Numbered from the stretch's first letter, positions 17,886 to 27,925 are shown. The stretch: 64,000 bases of DNA from an uncultured Planctomycetales bacterium (GCA_964478715.1 CAYZIY010000009.1:4113-68112), one strand, 5' to 3'. Numbers and translations: made by a program. The notes: generated from the letters alone by a model not told the origin.

Positions 17886-18914
17886 ATGCATCATTATCCC
17901 CAAATCATTTCTCGATTCCGTAAAAAGAAAATACTTGTCGTTGGTGACTTGATCCTTGATCAATACATTCGGGGAAAGGTTTCACGGATTTCTCCCGAAG
18001 CGCCCGTACCGGTTGTTTTACAGGAAAACAAGCCCGAATTCTTTCCCGGGGGAGCGGCTAATGTGGCTAATAACTTGAGCTCTTTGGGAGCTCAGGTGAC
18101 ATTGGCAGGCTTTATCGGCGATGATGAAGAGGGAAAGATTCTGCTCAGATCTCTAAAATTAAAAAAGGTTTCTTCGCGTGGTATTGTAGTGGATCGAAGT
18201 ACGCCTACGTCTATGAAAACCCGCATTATCGCACAGCATCAGCAGGTGGTTCGCGTGGATCGTGAAAAGGTTAAGGACAGCGCTTCGGTGAATACGTATC
18301 CTAAGATCGAAGCTTTTTTAAGAAACAATATCCAGCGTTTTGATGCCTTGATTCTTTCCGATTACGGCAAGGGTGTCATTACACCCGTTCTAGCCCAGCA
18401 AGCTTGTGATATGGCTTTGAAACTGGGAAAAATTATTACCGTTGATCCCAAAGTTGAGCATTTCTGTTATTATAGAGGTGTTAGCGCGATTACACCCAAT
18501 CGCAATGAGGTTGAGAACGCCATTCACAATATCAAGATCACTCAGTCTAAAGGGCGGAGTTTAAAGATCAATACAGTTCGCCTGAAGAAAGATGAGCATG
18601 TCGATCAGGCCGGTATGGCTTTGTTGAAATATCTTGACCTGGGATGCCTGTTGGTCACATTGGGTGAAAACGGCATGCGTCTATTTGAGAAAGGAAAGAA
18701 GAAATCGATTTCCATAAATACGCGCGCGCAGGATGTCTATGATGTTTCTGGAGCCGGTGATACCGTTATTTCTGTTTTTACCCTGTCCTTGGCGGCTGGA
18801 GCAAGCGCGCGGGATGCGGCCGATCTTTCAAACTATGCGGCGGGCATTGTCGTTGGGAAAATGGGCGCTGTTCCGGTCACCTCCAAAGATTTACTGCAGG
18901 CGGTGAAATCATAA
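17886..18914 (+). CDS. hldA: D-glycero-beta-D-manno-heptose-7-phosphate kinase (RfaE domain I only; HldA-type, no adenylyltransferase domain)
   Basis: KILVVGDLILDQYIRGKVSRISPEAPVPVV and the C-terminal DVSGAGDTVI are PfkB/RfaE kinase motifs. Ribosome-binding site AGGAGG lies 7 nt before the ATG at 17886. Confidence 0.8.
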   Translation: MHHYPQIISRFRKKKILVVGDLILDQYIRGKVSRISPEAPVPVVLQENKPEFFPGGAANVANNLSSLGAQVTLAGFIGDDEEGKILLRSLKLKKVSSRGIVVDRSTPTSMKTRIIAQHQQVVRVDREKVKDSASVNTYPKIEAFLRNNIQRFDALILSDYGKGVITPVLAQQACDMALKLGKIITVDPKVEHFCYYRGVSAITPNRNEVENAIHNIKITQSKGRSLKINTVRLKKDEHVDQAGMALLKYLDLGCLLVTLGENGMRLFEKGKKKSISINTRAQDVYDVSGAGDTVISVFTLSLAAGASARDAADLSNYAAGIVVGKMGAVPVTSKDLLQAVKS

Positions 18915-18916
18915 AT

Positions 18917-19657
18917 ATGAAAGCCATCGGCATCATTCCGGTTAGGTATAAAGCCACGCGATTTGAAGGCAAGGTTTTAGCCGATTTAGGCGGTCAATCT
19001 GTGATCCAGCGGGTCTGGGAGAGGGCCTGTCAGGCTAAGCGCTTGGATGAAGTCCTGATCGCCTGCGATGACAAGCGGATTGAAACACACGCCAAAGATT
19101 TCGGGGCCAAAGTTGTGATGACAGATCCGCATCATGCAACCGGTTCAGATCGCGTCATTGAGGCTGCTGCCAAAACAAAAGCCGATTGCGTGGTAAATAT
19201 TCAGGGTGACGAACCGTTTATCAATCCTGAAACCATTGATATTTTAATCGAGAAATTGGTCCAAGATGAAGTAGCTGTTGCCGTAACAGCTGTCAAAAGA
19301 ATTGCGACACCGGCAGAGCTTGAAAATCCAAATATTGTCAAGGTTGTTTTCGATCATCAGGGATATGCGCTTTATTTTTCCCGGTCTCCGATACCGTTTA
19401 ATCGGGATCAACAACCTCTTGAAAGCATTGATTTTTTTCGGCATTTGGGGATTTATGCCTATCAAAAAGATTTTCTCATGCAATTTTCCCATTTACCCGA
19501 ATCGCCTTTGGAGAAAACGGAGAAACTCGAACAGCTTCGCCTATTGCAGGCCGGGTATAAAATTTTAACGGTTTGCACAGATCAGATTGCGCTCGGGATT
19601 GATACCCGGGAAGATCTCGAAGGAGCCCGAAAATTCCTCAACCAAGGAAAAGGCTGA
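18917..19657 (+). CDS. kdsB: 3-deoxy-manno-octulosonate cytidylyltransferase (CMP-Kdo synthetase)
   Basis: IGIIPVRYKATRF.GKVL and NIQGDEPFI. Confidence 0.9.
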   Translation: MKAIGIIPVRYKATRFEGKVLADLGGQSVIQRVWERACQAKRLDEVLIACDDKRIETHAKDFGAKVVMTDPHHATGSDRVIEAAAKTKADCVVNIQGDEPFINPETIDILIEKLVQDEVAVAVTAVKRIATPAELENPNIVKVVFDHQGYALYFSRSPIPFNRDQQPLESIDFFRHLGIYAYQKDFLMQFSHLPESPLEKTEKLEQLRLLQAGYKILTVCTDQIALGIDTREDLEGARKFLNQGKG

Positions 19658-20496
19658 TGCAGAAAATAATCAAGATTCGAAAAATCTCTATCGGAAACAA
19701 AAAACCTTTCACTCTTATTGCCGGTCCGTGCGTGATCGAGAATGAAAAGACGGTTTTGAAAATTGCCGGGACTCTCAAGAGAATAGCGGTCAAAGAGAGG
19801 ATACCTTTGATCTTCAAGGCGAGTTATGATAAAGCCAATCGGACATCTGTGAATTCCTTCCGTGGATTGGGTATGGAGCGGGGTCTTTCGATCTTAAAAA
19901 GAGTAAAGAATGAACTGGATCTTCCTGTTTTAAGCGATGTTCACAGCGTTAGTGAAATGGCAGCCGCCAGCGAAAACCTGGACGTTATCCAGATTCCGGC
20001 TTTTTTATGCCGTCAAACGGATCTGTTAATGGCTGCCGGAAAAACCAACAAGGTCATTAATATCAAAAAAGGCCAGTTTATGGCTCCCTGGGAGATGAGA
20101 GAGGCGGTTCGAAAAATAGAAAAAACAGGGAATGAAAAAATAATGATCACCGAGCGGGGTGTCAGTTTTGGCTACAATAATCTCGTCAGCGATTTCCGAT
20201 CATTAGAAATTATGAAGGAGTTTGGTTATCCGGTCGTTTTTGATGCGACACACAGCGTTCAGCAGCCCGGAGGATTAGGCACGGCCTCAGGCGGCCAGAG
20301 CGAATTCATTCCGGTTTTGGCGCGTTGCGCGATGGCTACCGGATGTGCCGCAATATTTCTAGAGACGCATCCTGATCCCCGGAAAGCCAAAAGCGACGGG
20401 CCCAATATGATGCCGTTAAAAAAACTCAAAGGGCTTCTTAAAAAGCTCAAAGCCCTGGATCATGTCGTTAAACATTTCAAGGACAGAGAAAAATGA
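19657..20496 (+). CDS. kdsA: 2-dehydro-3-deoxyphosphooctonate aldolase (Kdo-8-P synthase)
   Basis: FTLIAGPCVIENE, IPLIFKASYDKANRTS and QIPAFLCRQTDL. Confidence 0.9.
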   Translation: MQKIIKIRKISIGNKKPFTLIAGPCVIENEKTVLKIAGTLKRIAVKERIPLIFKASYDKANRTSVNSFRGLGMERGLSILKRVKNELDLPVLSDVHSVSEMAAASENLDVIQIPAFLCRQTDLLMAAGKTNKVINIKKGQFMAPWEMREAVRKIEKTGNEKIMITERGVSFGYNNLVSDFRSLEIMKEFGYPVVFDATHSVQQPGGLGTASGGQSEFIPVLARCAMATGCAAIFLETHPDPRKAKSDGPNMMPLKKLKGLLKKLKALDHVVKHFKDREK

Positions 20497-21452
20497 GTGT
20501 AAAACGAGCCAAAGAAGTGCTGACCATCGAATCCGAAGCGATTCGGGATCTCAAAAAGAGAATCAACCGCAATTTTACCCATGCTGTGGAGCTGATTTAT
20601 CGATGCAAGGGACGGGTGATTGTTACCGGCATGGGGAAAACCGGGATCATCGGCCACAAACTGGCCGCGACTTTATCTTCCACAGGAACGCCGAGCATTT
20701 GGATGCATAGCGCTGAGGCCATTCACGGAGATTTGGGTCAGGTCACCAAAACAGATGTCGTGATCTTAATAACAACAAGCGGAGAAACAGAAGAGACTCG
20801 CCGTCTTATTCCGCTGATCAAAAAAATCGGTGTGAAGATTATTGCCTTAACCGGTAATCTCCGCTCCTTTGTGGCCAGGCATAGCGATATCGTGCTGGAT
20901 ATTTCTGTGAAGAAAGAAGGCTGTCCGCTTGGATTGGCCCCGATGGCTTCCACGACAGCCACATTGGCCATGGGAGATGCCATGGCCGCCTGTCTGGTGG
21001 ACAGAAAGAAATTTCGCAAAGAAGATTTTGCCCGGTTTCATCCCGGTGGCTCCCTGGGGCGACGTTTGCTTTTGAGAGTCAGAGATATTATGCGGACTGG
21101 CCAATATTGTCCGCGTTTGTTGCCGTCAACAAAAGTTAAGACAGTTCTTTTAGCCATTACCAAAGCGCGATGTGGTTCGGCTTGTATTGTCGATCGTGAA
21201 AAAAATCTTCTAGGAATCTTTACCGATGGAGATTTGCGTCGTCATTTGGAAGTCGGCCCCCAGCTTCTCAATAGCTCGGTAAAAGAATTTATGACCCGAA
21301 AGCCCAAGACTATCGATCAGGATCGCCTGGCCGCTGAGGCCTTTGAAATTTTACAAGATAAAAAGATAGACGAGCTTCCCGTAGTCGACAAAAAGAAAAA
21401 ATGCGTAGGGCTTTTGGATGTTCAGGATATTCTCAAGGCAGGATGCGTATGA
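20493..21452 (+). CDS. kdsD: arabinose-5-phosphate isomerase (SIS domain plus tandem CBS domains)
   Basis: SIS motif GRVIVTGMGKTGIIGHKLAATLSSTGTPS plus CBS pairs. Confidence 0.85.
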   Translation: MSVKRAKEVLTIESEAIRDLKKRINRNFTHAVELIYRCKGRVIVTGMGKTGIIGHKLAATLSSTGTPSIWMHSAEAIHGDLGQVTKTDVVILITTSGETEETRRLIPLIKKIGVKIIALTGNLRSFVARHSDIVLDISVKKEGCPLGLAPMASTTATLAMGDAMAACLVDRKKFRKEDFARFHPGGSLGRRLLLRVRDIMRTGQYCPRLLPSTKVKTVLLAITKARCGSACIVDREKNLLGIFTDGDLRRHLEVGPQLLNSSVKEFMTRKPKTIDQDRLAAEAFEILQDKKIDELPVVDKKKKCVGLLDVQDILKAGCV

Positions 21453-21973
21453 AAGCGGCACTCCAAAAGAAAATCGAGAAGATAGAAGTGATCGTCTGCG
21501 ATGTCGATGGTGTTCTAACTGATGGAAAAATTATCTTTGATAGCAGTAGAAGCGAGATCAAACGGTTTGATGCCTACGATGGTTTCGCTCTCACTCTGGT
21601 CAAAGAAATGGGTTTCAAGACGGCTTTTTTAAGCGGACGCTCTTCGAGGGTGACTGCTCATCGGGCTTATAAACTGAAAATCGACAAAGTTTATCAGAAC
21701 GCGCATCCAAAAATAAAAGTGTTTAAGAGAATGCTTCGGGATTTTCATGTCCGCAGTGATCAGGTGTGTTTCATCGGTGATGATTTGATCGATCTACAGG
21801 TTCTTAAATCGGTTGGATTCTCGGTGGCTGTGGCCAATGCCGTCAAAGAAGTTAAGAAGGCTGTTGATTACGTTACCGCAAAAAAAGGCGGACAGGGAGC
21901 TGTGCGGGAGACGGTTGAGCTTATTTTAAAGACGCAGGGAAAATGGACGAAGGCTCTAAAGAGGTATAGCTAA
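21449..21973 (+). CDS. kdsC: Kdo-8-phosphate phosphatase (HAD family)
   Basis: IEVIVCDVDGVLTDGKIIFD and GDDLIDL; ATGA overlap with kdsD. Confidence 0.8.
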   Translation: MKAALQKKIEKIEVIVCDVDGVLTDGKIIFDSSRSEIKRFDAYDGFALTLVKEMGFKTAFLSGRSSRVTAHRAYKLKIDKVYQNAHPKIKVFKRMLRDFHVRSDQVCFIGDDLIDLQVLKSVGFSVAVANAVKEVKKAVDYVTAKKGGQGAVRETVELILKTQGKWTKALKRYS

Positions 21974-22785
21974 TGAAAATATTTTACTTGATTTTGATCA
22001 TGTGTTGTTTTATTGTTTCACATGCTTTCGGCGATAATCCTGCTCAGCAATTTGATGGATTTCGCTTAGAGGGCAAAGACGGTAATCGCGTATCGTGGGA
22101 TGTCTCCGGCGATCGGGCTGACATTTTGGGAAAGGAAATCAAGGTGACCAATGTTGTGGCTAACAAATACGGGGATGAAAACATGCATTTAACCGCTGAT
22201 AACGGAACATTGAATCAAGTCACCAAGGATATGTTGCTTGAAGATAATGTGGTGATCACGACCGATTCGGGTGCGACAATGGTTACCGATCGGTTGAATT
22301 GGCAACGGGAAAAAGATTTGGTTTCGACTGAAGATGAGGTTGTCATTAAAAGAGAACGAATGACTGCAATCGGCAAAGGTGCCGAGGCTCAACCGAATTT
22401 CAGTTCGGCCAAACTGCAGAAAGACGTGACTGTGACCGTAGATGTGGAAGATGAGCAAAAACAGATGCGAGAAGTTGTTATTACATGTGATGGTCCTCTG
22501 GAAATTGAATACGAAAACGAGAAGGCGGTTTTCAATGATAATGTGGTGGCGATTGACGGTGAGAGAAAACTGGTTGCCGATAAGGTGATTGTTTATTTTG
22601 ATATGGAAACCAATCAGATCAACAAGATGGTCTGCCAGGGTAATGTCGAAATTTATCAAGGTGACAACGCGAGCTATTCCCAGGAGGCTGTTTACTTGGC
22701 TAAGGATAAGAGGATTATTCTTTCCGGAAGACCCAAGCTCATTTTTTATCCGAAAGACGGTGGCGATGTATCTTTTGGAAACTAA
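21973..22785 (+). CDS. membrane-anchored LptC/LptA-family (OstA-like) LPS transport protein
   Basis: N-terminal hydrophobic anchor, then OstA-like beta-jellyroll segments: ...NVVITTDSGATMVTDRLNW... and ITCDGPLEIEYENEKAVFNDNVVAIDGERKLVADKVIVYF...CQGNVEIYQG. It occupies the position of lptC-lptA between kdsC and lptB. Confidence 0.6.
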   Translation: MKIFYLILIMCCFIVSHAFGDNPAQQFDGFRLEGKDGNRVSWDVSGDRADILGKEIKVTNVVANKYGDENMHLTADNGTLNQVTKDMLLEDNVVITTDSGATMVTDRLNWQREKDLVSTEDEVVIKRERMTAIGKGAEAQPNFSSAKLQKDVTVTVDVEDEQKQMREVVITCDGPLEIEYENEKAVFNDNVVAIDGERKLVADKVIVYFDMETNQINKMVCQGNVEIYQGDNASYSQEAVYLAKDKRIILSGRPKLIFYPKDGGDVSFGN

Positions 22786-23488
22786 AAATATTTGTAAAGT
22801 TTACGGTGGCCGGAAAGTCGTTGACGGATTGGATATATCCGTAAGACGTTCGGAAATTGTCGGATTACTGGGACCCAATGGGGCGGGTAAAACGACGACT
22901 TTTTACATGGTGGTGGGTATTATTCCGCCCAATGAAGGTCAGATCATTTTTGATCAGGAAGACATTACCAAAAAACCGATTCATGAACGATCCCGTTTAG
23001 GTATTGGATATCTAGCCCAGGAACCTTCGGTTTTTCGCAAATTGACCGTTGAAGAAAATATCATGGCTATTCTGGAGACTTTACGAATTTCCCCCCGGGA
23101 AAGACGTCGGCGCCTCAATGCGTTGCTCGAGGAACTCAAAATTGCTCATTTGGCTAAAAGCAAGGCTTATACCCTATCGGGCGGAGAGAGACGGCGTTTG
23201 GAAATTACCCGGGCGCTGGTGACTAAGCCGTCCTTTATTCTTTTGGATGAACCTTTTTCCGGAATTGATCCAATAGTTGTAGCCGAAGCACAGGAGATCA
23301 TCAAGGATCTTAAGAATCGTGGCCTGGGAATCCTTTTAACCGACCATAATGTCCGCGAGACTCTCTCGATTACTGATCGGTCTTATCTCATTGCCGACGG
23401 TAAGGTTTTAATTTCCGGGTCCAGTGAGGATTTAATTAACAATCCGCGGGCCAAGGAAATTTATTTGGGAGAGAAGTTTTCTATGTGA
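22766..23488 (+). CDS. lptB: LPS export ABC transporter ATP-binding protein
   Basis: Walker A GLLGPNGAGKTTTF, signature LSGGERRRLEI and Walker B ILLDEP. Start is the ATG at 22766; the upstream part of the listed ORF overlaps the lptC/A gene. Confidence 0.9.
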   Translation: MYLLETKNICKVYGGRKVVDGLDISVRRSEIVGLLGPNGAGKTTTFYMVVGIIPPNEGQIIFDQEDITKKPIHERSRLGIGYLAQEPSVFRKLTVEENIMAILETLRISPRERRRRLNALLEELKIAHLAKSKAYTLSGGERRRLEITRALVTKPSFILLDEPFSGIDPIVVAEAQEIIKDLKNRGLGILLTDHNVRETLSITDRSYLIADGKVLISGSSEDLINNPRAKEIYLGEKFSM

Positions 23489-23596
23489 TCAAGCATGAAT
23501 CGATAACTTCAGAGGTAGCCAAGGCTTTTTAGCCTCGTGATTGCCTCTTCATCTCTCTTAAGTTTTAGGGAAATGAGAAAACAGCAGGAGTTTTTC

Positions 23597-24496
23597 ATGA
23601 AGGTAGATGTAAAAAAGTTGGATGCTACACGAAGAGAATTAAAATTTGAAATACCCAAAGAACGAGTTTCTCAAGCCCTTGATGACGTATATAGAAATAT
23701 ACAGAAGGAATCCAAGATTAAAGGATTTCGTCCGGGAAAAGCGCCGCGTCATGTGTTGGAGTCTCATTATGGCAAGCTGGCCCAAGATGAGATGATTAAA
23801 AAGATCATTCCCGAGGCTTATCAAGAGGGCATTCGCCAGCATGAATTAGCTCCCATTGATATGCCGCAGATTGATCAGGTGGACTACAAAGGTGAAACAC
23901 TCAAATTTACCGCTCAACTGGATATTAAGCCCGAAGTGAAAATCAAAAATTACAAAGGCATAAAAGTTCAGCGCAAAGATTCCCAAGTTAGCGAAAGAGA
24001 CGTTGACAAAGTTCTGGAGATGTTCCAAAAAGGGCGCGGGGATAATCAAGAGGTTAAGGTGGATGATGAGCTGGCCAAAGGTATGGGATATCCCGATTTG
24101 GAGGCTTTCCGTCAAGCTCTCAAAAGACAAATTGAAATTGATAAAGACCGTCAAAATCGGTTGGATGTGGAGAATCAGATTGCTGATACTTTGATCAAAA
24201 ATGCGAAATTAGTTGTTCCACCGTCGATGATTGAGAAGCAGATCCACTACCGGATTGAAGAGAGCAAAAAGAGAATGAGCCAGCAGGGGATTTCCGCAGA
24301 GGAGATTTCTAAGAAAGAAAAGAAATTACAAAAAGACTTGCGTCCGGTCGCGGAACGCGATATAAAATTATTCTTCATTTTAGATCAGATTGCTTCTCTG
24401 GAGAACATCACGATCCAAAAAGGAGAAAATCTCGTTAACAAGGTGATGGAGTTTCTTCTCAAAGAAGCCCAGTGGGAAGGAGGAGATGTCAAATGA
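23597..24496 (+). CDS. tig: trigger factor, short form lacking the FKBP-type PPIase domain
   Basis: N-terminal ribosome-binding domain (MKVDVKKL...[13 protein letters not shown]) joins directly to C-terminal arm-like sequence. About 300 aa from the ATG at 23597 with ribosome-binding site AGGAG; clpP follows. Confidence 0.7.
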   Translation: MKVDVKKLDATRRELKFEIPKERVSQALDDVYRNIQKESKIKGFRPGKAPRHVLESHYGKLAQDEMIKKIIPEAYQEGIRQHELAPIDMPQIDQVDYKGETLKFTAQLDIKPEVKIKNYKGIKVQRKDSQVSERDVDKVLEMFQKGRGDNQEVKVDDELAKGMGYPDLEAFRQALKRQIEIDKDRQNRLDVENQIADTLIKNAKLVVPPSMIEKQIHYRIEESKKRMSQQGISAEEISKKEKKLQKDLRPVAERDIKLFFILDQIASLENITIQKGENLVNKVMEFLLKEAQWEGGDVK

Positions 24497-25098
24497 AAAA
24501 TACACACTCACAAATTCTAGTCCCGATGGTAATCGAAAAAACAGGACATGCCGAGAGAGCTTACGATATCTATTCGAGGCTGCTTAAAGACCGTATTATT
24601 TTTGTGGGGACTGTGATCGACGACAATGTAGCCAATCTTATTATCGCCCAACTTTTGTTTTTACAGTCCGAGGACACATCTAAAGACATTAATATTTATA
24701 TCAATACTCCTGGAGGTTCCGTTACGGCCGGTCTGGCGATTTATGATACCATCCAGTTTGTTAAACCGGATGTCTGTACGTATTGTATCGGGCAGGCAGC
24801 CAGCATGGGAGCTTTGCTCTTAGCCGCCGGGAAAAAGGGAAAGCGTTTCTGCCTTCCTTATTCTCGGGTGATGATCCATCAGCCTTGGGGGGGGACGCAG
24901 GGTGCAGCTTCTGATATTTCTATTCAGGCAAAAGAAATTTTACGCATGAAAAAAGAGCTTAACGAAATTCTGGCCCGACATACCGGCCAAAAAGTTGAAA
25001 AGATAGAAGTAGATGCGGACCGCGATTATTTTATGAGCGCCGAGGAAGCGAAGGAATACGGGCTTATTGATGAGGTGGTTCAAAGCATCAAAAAGTAA
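24493..25098 (+). CDS. clpP: ATP-dependent Clp protease proteolytic subunit
   Basis: [23 protein letters not shown]...[18 protein letters not shown]...[14 protein letters not shown]...MIHQP (Ser-His-Asp triad contexts). Confidence 0.9.
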   Translation: MKNTHSQILVPMVIEKTGHAERAYDIYSRLLKDRIIFVGTVIDDNVANLIIAQLLFLQSEDTSKDINIYINTPGGSVTAGLAIYDTIQFVKPDVCTYCIGQAASMGALLLAAGKKGKRFCLPYSRVMIHQPWGGTQGAASDISIQAKEILRMKKELNEILARHTGQKVEKIEVDADRDYFMSAEEAKEYGLIDEVVQSIKK

Positions 25099-25151
25099 CC
25101 GATTCTCTCATTGAGGATTCAGTAATAGATTTCAGAAAGGCAAGGTGTACT

Positions 25152-26291
25152 ATGGACGATAATCTTCTCTTAACCCCCGGACCAACAAAATTGAGCAAAG
25201 AAGTCTGCGAGGCTTTAGGTCGGGCGATTATTCATCATCGCACGCCTCAATTTCAGGCTTATCTCAAGGAAGCTGTTGAAGGCTTGCAGTATGTTTTTCA
25301 AACCAAAAATGATGTTTTTATTCTGGCCAGCTCGGGAACAGGAGCCATGGAAGCATCAGTCTGTAATCTTTTATCGCCGGGAGATAAGGTAATAACTATT
25401 GAAGGCGGAAAATTTGGCGAACGCTGGAGTGAACTCTGCAAAGCTTATGGCGTAGAGACACAGACGATTCAGGTTTCCTGGGGGAAGGCTGTTGAGCCTG
25501 GAGAAATTGATCAATTGTTAAAAGAAGAGCCAGAGACAAAAGCTGTTTTTGTTACTTTATGCGAAACGTCGACTGGAGCTAAAGCGGATATCGCGACCAT
25601 TGCTCAGGTAGTTCAAAAAACGCAAGCAGTTTTAGTGGTCGATGCGATCAGCGGTCTGACGGCTGATGATCTTAAGACTGACGAATGGGGAGTTGATGTT
25701 GTGTGTTGTGGATCACAAAAAGGACTGATGCTTCCTCCGGGTCTGGGATTTATTTGTGTGGGCCCTAAGGCCTGGGATCTGGTTAATCAATCCACAAATC
25801 CGAAATATTATTTTGATCTCAAGAAAGCGAAAAAAGCGGGCGATAAAAATGATACGCCTTTTACTCCAGCCATTAATTTGATTATTGCCCTCACTGAGAG
25901 CCTAAAATCCATAAAGCAAAGGGGTCTGGAGGATAATCTAGCTTTCTTTGCCAAGCTTGCTGAAGCTACTCGTAAAGCAGTAGCTGCCTTGGGTCTTAAA
26001 CTTTTTACGGATCAGAATTATCTGTCCAATGCGGTTACGGCGGTTAAAGTTCCTGAAGGTGTTGACGGAGTTAAGCTTGTCAAGACGATGCGCGATACTT
26101 ACGGTATCACCATGGCCGGTGGTCAGGCAGAAGCTAAGGGGAAGATATTTCGGATCGCTCAGATGGGTTGTTTGACAGGTGAAGATATCATAAAAGGGAT
26201 TGGATGTCTGGAGACAGTTTTAAAAGAACTGGGATATCAATTTGAAGAAGGGTCAGGAGTCAAAGCCGCCCAAAATGTTCTTAATGCTTAA
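25152..26291 (+). CDS. class V aminotransferase (phosphoserine / serine-glyoxylate aminotransferase family)
   Basis: LLLTPGPT N-terminus, a PLP-lysine region, and position next to serA. Confidence 0.7.
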   Translation: MDDNLLLTPGPTKLSKEVCEALGRAIIHHRTPQFQAYLKEAVEGLQYVFQTKNDVFILASSGTGAMEASVCNLLSPGDKVITIEGGKFGERWSELCKAYGVETQTIQVSWGKAVEPGEIDQLLKEEPETKAVFVTLCETSTGAKADIATIAQVVQKTQAVLVVDAISGLTADDLKTDEWGVDVVCCGSQKGLMLPPGLGFICVGPKAWDLVNQSTNPKYYFDLKKAKKAGDKNDTPFTPAINLIIALTESLKSIKQRGLEDNLAFFAKLAEATRKAVAALGLKLFTDQNYLSNAVTAVKVPEGVDGVKLVKTMRDTYGITMAGGQAEAKGKIFRIAQMGCLTGEDIIKGIGCLETVLKELGYQFEEGSGVKAAQNVLNA

Positions 26292-26327
26292 TCTGATCCT
26301 ACTATTTAGACAGATAGGAGATCTATC

Positions 26328-27914
26328 ATGAAAATACTCATCAGCGATAAAATGGCTCCGGAAGGGGTTAATATATTAAAAGCCGTCAAAGAATTTGAAG
26401 TGGATTGCCAGTTTGGGATTAAGCCGGAGGAGCTTAGGGCTACTATCAAGGATTATGATGCTCTGATTATTCGCAGCGGGACAAAAGTCACCGCTGATAT
26501 TCTTGAATCGGTTTCAAAATTAAAATTTATCGGCCGCGCAGGTGTGGGCGTTGATAATGTCGATTTGAGTGCGGCTACAAAAAAAGGCATAGTCGTGATG
26601 AATACGCCAGGCGGCAACACAACGTCGACCGCAGAGCACACCATGAGCCTGATTCTGGCTCTGTCTCGGAATATTCCCCAGGCCTATGCGTCTCTAAAAG
26701 CCGGGAAATGGGAGCGTTCGAAATTTACCGGAGTCGAGCTTTATGGGAAGACGCTGGGAATCATCGGACTGGGACGTATCGGATCGACGGTAGCCCGGAT
26801 GGCGAAATCTTTCAATATGAAAATAATTGCCTTTGATCCGTTTATTTCCAAAGATTTAGCATCAAAAATGGAAGTAGAGTTGGCTGAGTTGGAGAGAATC
26901 ATCAAGGAAAGCGATTATGTTACGATTCACACTCCAAAAAGCGTTGAGACCAAGGGTCTGATTGGTGAGAAGGAATTCTCGCAGATGAAGAAGACAGTTC
27001 GGATTATCAATTGCGCTCGAGGAGGAATCGTTAACGAGCAGGCTCTGGCTCAAGCTTTGGAGAAAGGACAAATCGCCGGTTGTGCGGTGGATGTTTATGA
27101 AAAAGAACCGCCGGAACCTGATCATCCGCTTCTGAAATACGAAAATTGCGTTGCTACGCCGCACTTAGGGGCCTCGACATCGGAAGCTCAGGTGAATGTG
27201 GCGGTTGAGGTAGCTCAAATTATTCGGGATGCTCTTTTGGGCCGCGGAATCGCCAATGCCAAAAACTTTCCGTCTGTTGACAGCGAAAGCTACCAGGTAC
27301 TTCAGCCTTACATTGATTTGTCGGAAAGAATGGGGAAATTCGCAGGACAACTTATCACCGGTGGCATTACCGATATTAAAATATTCTATCACGGCTCTAT
27401 GAACGATTATAAAGTGGTTCCGGTAACGATGAGTTTGCTTTACGGTCTTCTGTCTCCCGTTTTAGGAGAGGAAACCGTTAATTTCGTCAATGCTATGGAT
27501 ATTGCCAAAGAGCGGGGCATCAAGGTTCAAGAAACGTTATCCAGCGAAGAAGCTGAATTTGCGAACCTAATCAATGTGCAGATCAAGACAGACAAAGAGA
27601 CGTTTACTGTTTGGGGAACGCTCTCAAGCAATAAAAAGCCGCGCATCGTCAAGATAAATAATATTTACGTTGAGGCAAGCCCCAGAGGTCATATGATCTT
27701 TCTGAACAATAATGATCGCCCGGGTATTGTAGGCGCCGTTGGAACAATCTTGGCTCAAAATAGCATCAATATCGCCAGCATTACGTTTGGTCGTGAATCA
27801 CCCGGAGGGTTGGTTGTGAGTGTGGTCAATGTCGATAATGATGTTCCCGAGAGCGTGATTGAAAAACTGAAACAGGAGAAAGATATCCTGTTTGTTAAAT
27901 TAATAACGGTATAG
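26328..27914 (+). CDS. serA: D-3-phosphoglycerate dehydrogenase with C-terminal ACT domain
   Basis: GIIGLGRIGSTVA NAD-binding motif, a catalytic His/Arg region and a C-terminal ACT domain. Confidence 0.9.
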   Translation: MKILISDKMAPEGVNILKAVKEFEVDCQFGIKPEELRATIKDYDALIIRSGTKVTADILESVSKLKFIGRAGVGVDNVDLSAATKKGIVVMNTPGGNTTSTAEHTMSLILALSRNIPQAYASLKAGKWERSKFTGVELYGKTLGIIGLGRIGSTVARMAKSFNMKIIAFDPFISKDLASKMEVELAELERIIKESDYVTIHTPKSVETKGLIGEKEFSQMKKTVRIINCARGGIVNEQALAQALEKGQIAGCAVDVYEKEPPEPDHPLLKYENCVATPHLGASTSEAQVNVAVEVAQIIRDALLGRGIANAKNFPSVDSESYQVLQPYIDLSERMGKFAGQLITGGITDIKIFYHGSMNDYKVVPVTMSLLYGLLSPVLGEETVNFVNAMDIAKERGIKVQETLSSEEAEFANLINVQIKTDKETFTVWGTLSSNKKPRIVKINNIYVEASPRGHMIFLNNNDRPGIVGAVGTILAQNSINIASITFGRESPGGLVVSVVNVDNDVPESVIEKLKQEKDILFVKLITV

Positions 27915-27925
27915 AATATTTCCCT

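Noticed and set aside
23489-23596. Possible terminator hairpin AGGCT-TTTT-AGCCT between lptB and tig
   Set aside because: The stem is only 5 bp and there is no downstream T-tract. It may at most be a weak attenuator.
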